Shown here: piece after piece, positions 61,651-64,000 of the stretch
Numbering within the stretch: position 1 is the first letter of the stretch
How the letters are laid out: every line of letters starts with the position of its first letter
NCBI GenBank assembly: GCA_002269645.1
Contig: NIVC01001510.1
Coordinates: forward strand, 186,001 to 250,000
Length of the DNA: 64,000 nt
Direction of reading: 5' to 3'
Source of the DNA: Macrostomum lignano
Lineage: Eukaryota
Program-made: the position numbers and the translations under genes
Notes under the pieces: model-generated
The model's database searches: none
What the model saw: the letters and a program-made list of their open reading frames with translations, nothing else
What the model was told of the DNA's origin: nothing

Positions 61651-64000
61651 GAGAGTGTACATGCCTGACAGAATTGCCTCAGCGCTGGTTGTGAGACCTT
61701 GTTGCTGAAGGCGTTGCGCTAGGATGGTGCTCACAGCCTCCTCTGAGAATATTGATATTTATTTTTGTAGACAAAATACCTTTGAACTCACAAAGCTGGT
61801 CGCATGCAATACGCAGTGAGTCAATGAGATAACATACTCATAATGAGTGATTTTGAGTCGGCACTACTCAGATATTATGATAAATCGTTGCCACAAAACA
61901 CGCAGCCCTCCGCGTCTCAATATCGCGTTGGAAAAATAATGGTTACAGGCGCGCGCTGGTGGGGTTGGCGGCTCTGGTAAGTTACGGACGAGACAAAAAA
62001 ACGAGCGGATTGAGTTTCACCAGGCCCCGGACAGCCGGCCTGGACGGGCCCGCCCTCGGAGGATCTCGTTTCGGTTTTGTGCAAAGTTTGTGTAAGCCTT
62101 GCATGCCTACATGGCCTGTATAGTGGGGACAATTCGCACCATAGTTGTTTAGCTGGATGGGAATAGGGATGAGAGAGTGAAACTGGATACTGTTGGGAAT
62201 CTGTCTCAACATCAAAACTGCTACTTTTCTATAATGGTAACGGGATGTCCGTCCGTCTCTATAGTCTGTTATAATTGCATTTTACTAAAGCCGCCTCGCT
62301 AATGATAGGCGCAAAATTAATTCCGTCTTCGAGTGTGAGACCGTCGGCGCGTGCCACCAGATTGGCAGCACCTGGGCCTCCTATTCGTGGTGGGACAGCT
62401 CCCCCCAAGCAGCCGTTCTCTTCCGAATTCGGACAAACATTTCAAAGTCTCAATAAGAAAATTATTAACTGAAGCGAAGGAGGCGGACCAGCTCGGCGCC
62501 AAAGTACACACTGATTCGATTCGTACGTTGCCATGACACCCAAGGCACAGGGAGTGTACATGCCTGACGATTAGAAAGTCATGGCCGCTGTGCATGTAGA
62601 GTCAGTCCTCTGCGAGCAGCTAAAAATCAGCTCTGGGACTAAAACTGAAGCTTCGATGCTGTACAATCCGCCTCATCGCAAAAGCAACCTGACTTATCCA
62701 ACACGTTTTCGGTCTTGAATAAAAATCCCCACCGTTTGAGAGTGGCCAAGTCCTCCTAACGAAGAAGTCCCTTGTCACAAGTTGGTTGGGAGTGTTTTTG
62801 CACAACTTGAGCCGCAGCTGACTCAACACGACCCGCACTTGAGCAAGGCTTGAACGACTTTAAGTGCCGAATTTCCTATACTCGAGCCGGCATCGTGTCT
62901 CCCCTAAGACTTTCTCTCTGATTTTAACGCCAATCTAGCTTCTCCTGCTCTTCTGAGAGGTAGGTGCGGGCGGGTGGACTCAGGCAGGGGGAGGCTGAGA
63001 CGATGAAGCGATGAAGGAGCTCGCGGCTGACTGGGCCAAGCGGAGGGCTGGTGTGTGCTGATGGTGGCGCGGGCGCACCAGCACAATTGGCATAATTATC
63101 AGCGCCAACCTAATTGGAGACCTCACGCTCCGCATTCTTGCATGCGCTGGGAAGGGGGAGGGGGCTCGGCCTGGCACACTCGGACTCGGCGGGGCTCCTG
63201 ACTTTCCGGACTGGCGCTGAGCAGGAGGTGTTTGTGTGCGCGAGTTGTTGGCACACGGCTTGGCGCAGAGTTGGAGACTCCTGCAGACTCAACAGCCCTC
63301 GGTGCGTGCCTGGGCCCCTAAATAAGTCCCCCAGTTTATCCCATCCTCACACTTCCCAATTTGATTCCCCTCTCTTAGCCCCATCGACTCCGGCCGGGCC
63401 TCAACGCGTTTTCAAGCTGCTGGCTTAATGAGGCACCCCAGGTGGGCGCCCGGCTCACCGGGCTCGAACTCGAATGTCGAATTAGACCGAATGTTTGTTA
63501 AACACACGGCCGAACGGCGAGGCCTCTCGAGTCTGGCTTTGCTTAATCCATCTCGAAGGGGGTCGCGAACAGGGAGACGCTTCGCCCCAGTCTGCAACTT
63601 TAACAACTCCCGCTGTTAGTGGGCACCCGAATGCCGCAGCATGAGCTCATTAGAGGGCGGGTGGAGATTTGCTGAGCAAAGTGTCAGCTGACTCTGCATT
63701 TATGATCGGTCAGTTTGCGACCAGCCGCTTCCGTGCATAATTTTTGTTGTTGAAATTTCGCTTTTTAGTGGCCGTCAGGGCGGTCTAGCTGTCCCTGGAA
63801 TTTTCAATTTCTCTTACCTCCCGCCAGCATGGCCCGAATCGAAATGCAAATGCAGGGTGGAGGGGGGTCCCGTTGCAAGCTATCCGTCTTTATCTGCTCT
63901 CTTAATCAGCAGCCGGGGGCGGGCCTCATTAAATGCTGTCTAACAATAATGTAAAACCGATCCCCACAACTTTGCAGATTTCCAGGGACTCCCGGAATTC

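Noticed and set aside
39610-61708. Repeat-derived ORFs (39.6-40.4, 46.5-48.0, 48.6-49.6, 56.3-56.9, 57.3-57.7, 61.3-61.7 kb; also 21819-22751)
   Set aside because: Translations of satellites whose peptide period equals the DNA period; most are intronic or intergenic.
57800-64000. Many short GC-rich ORFs, a possible exon near 61660-61745 and a 17-bp match between ~61653 and ~62552
   Set aside because: No recognisable domain or consistent splice chain could be built; left unannotated pending RNA-seq.

Overview
Animal (metazoan) nuclear DNA: intron-rich host genes separated by many minisatellite arrays, resembling a free-living flatworm such as Macrostomum (inference only). The standout is at 1-~9486, a ~9.5-kb element with apparently identical terminal inverted repeats of at least 907 bp. 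It encodes only three recognisable genes: a Polinton/Maverick-type protein-primed family-B DNA polymerase split by six GT-AG introns (three at catalytic motifs A, B and C), a tandem PC4-like ssDNA-binding protein, and an acidic orphan. No integrase, packaging ATPase, capsid or adenain protease is seen, so it looks like a minimal capsid-less, integrase-less linear replicon. It appears to sit in an intron of a Timp gene that is nested in a synapsin intron. The rest of the window holds a near-full-length LOA/R1-group LINE (APE-RT-RNase H, candidate HDV-like ribozyme), synapsin exons 1-5, glycine cleavage H protein, synaptogyrin, a calmodulin-like EF-hand gene, an orphan ORF, a CORE-type SINE, a TIR element with an 8-bp TSD, and a 158-bp solo LTR triplicated in a 1925-bp higher-order satellite repeat. 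All calls were made by eye; no database searches were run.
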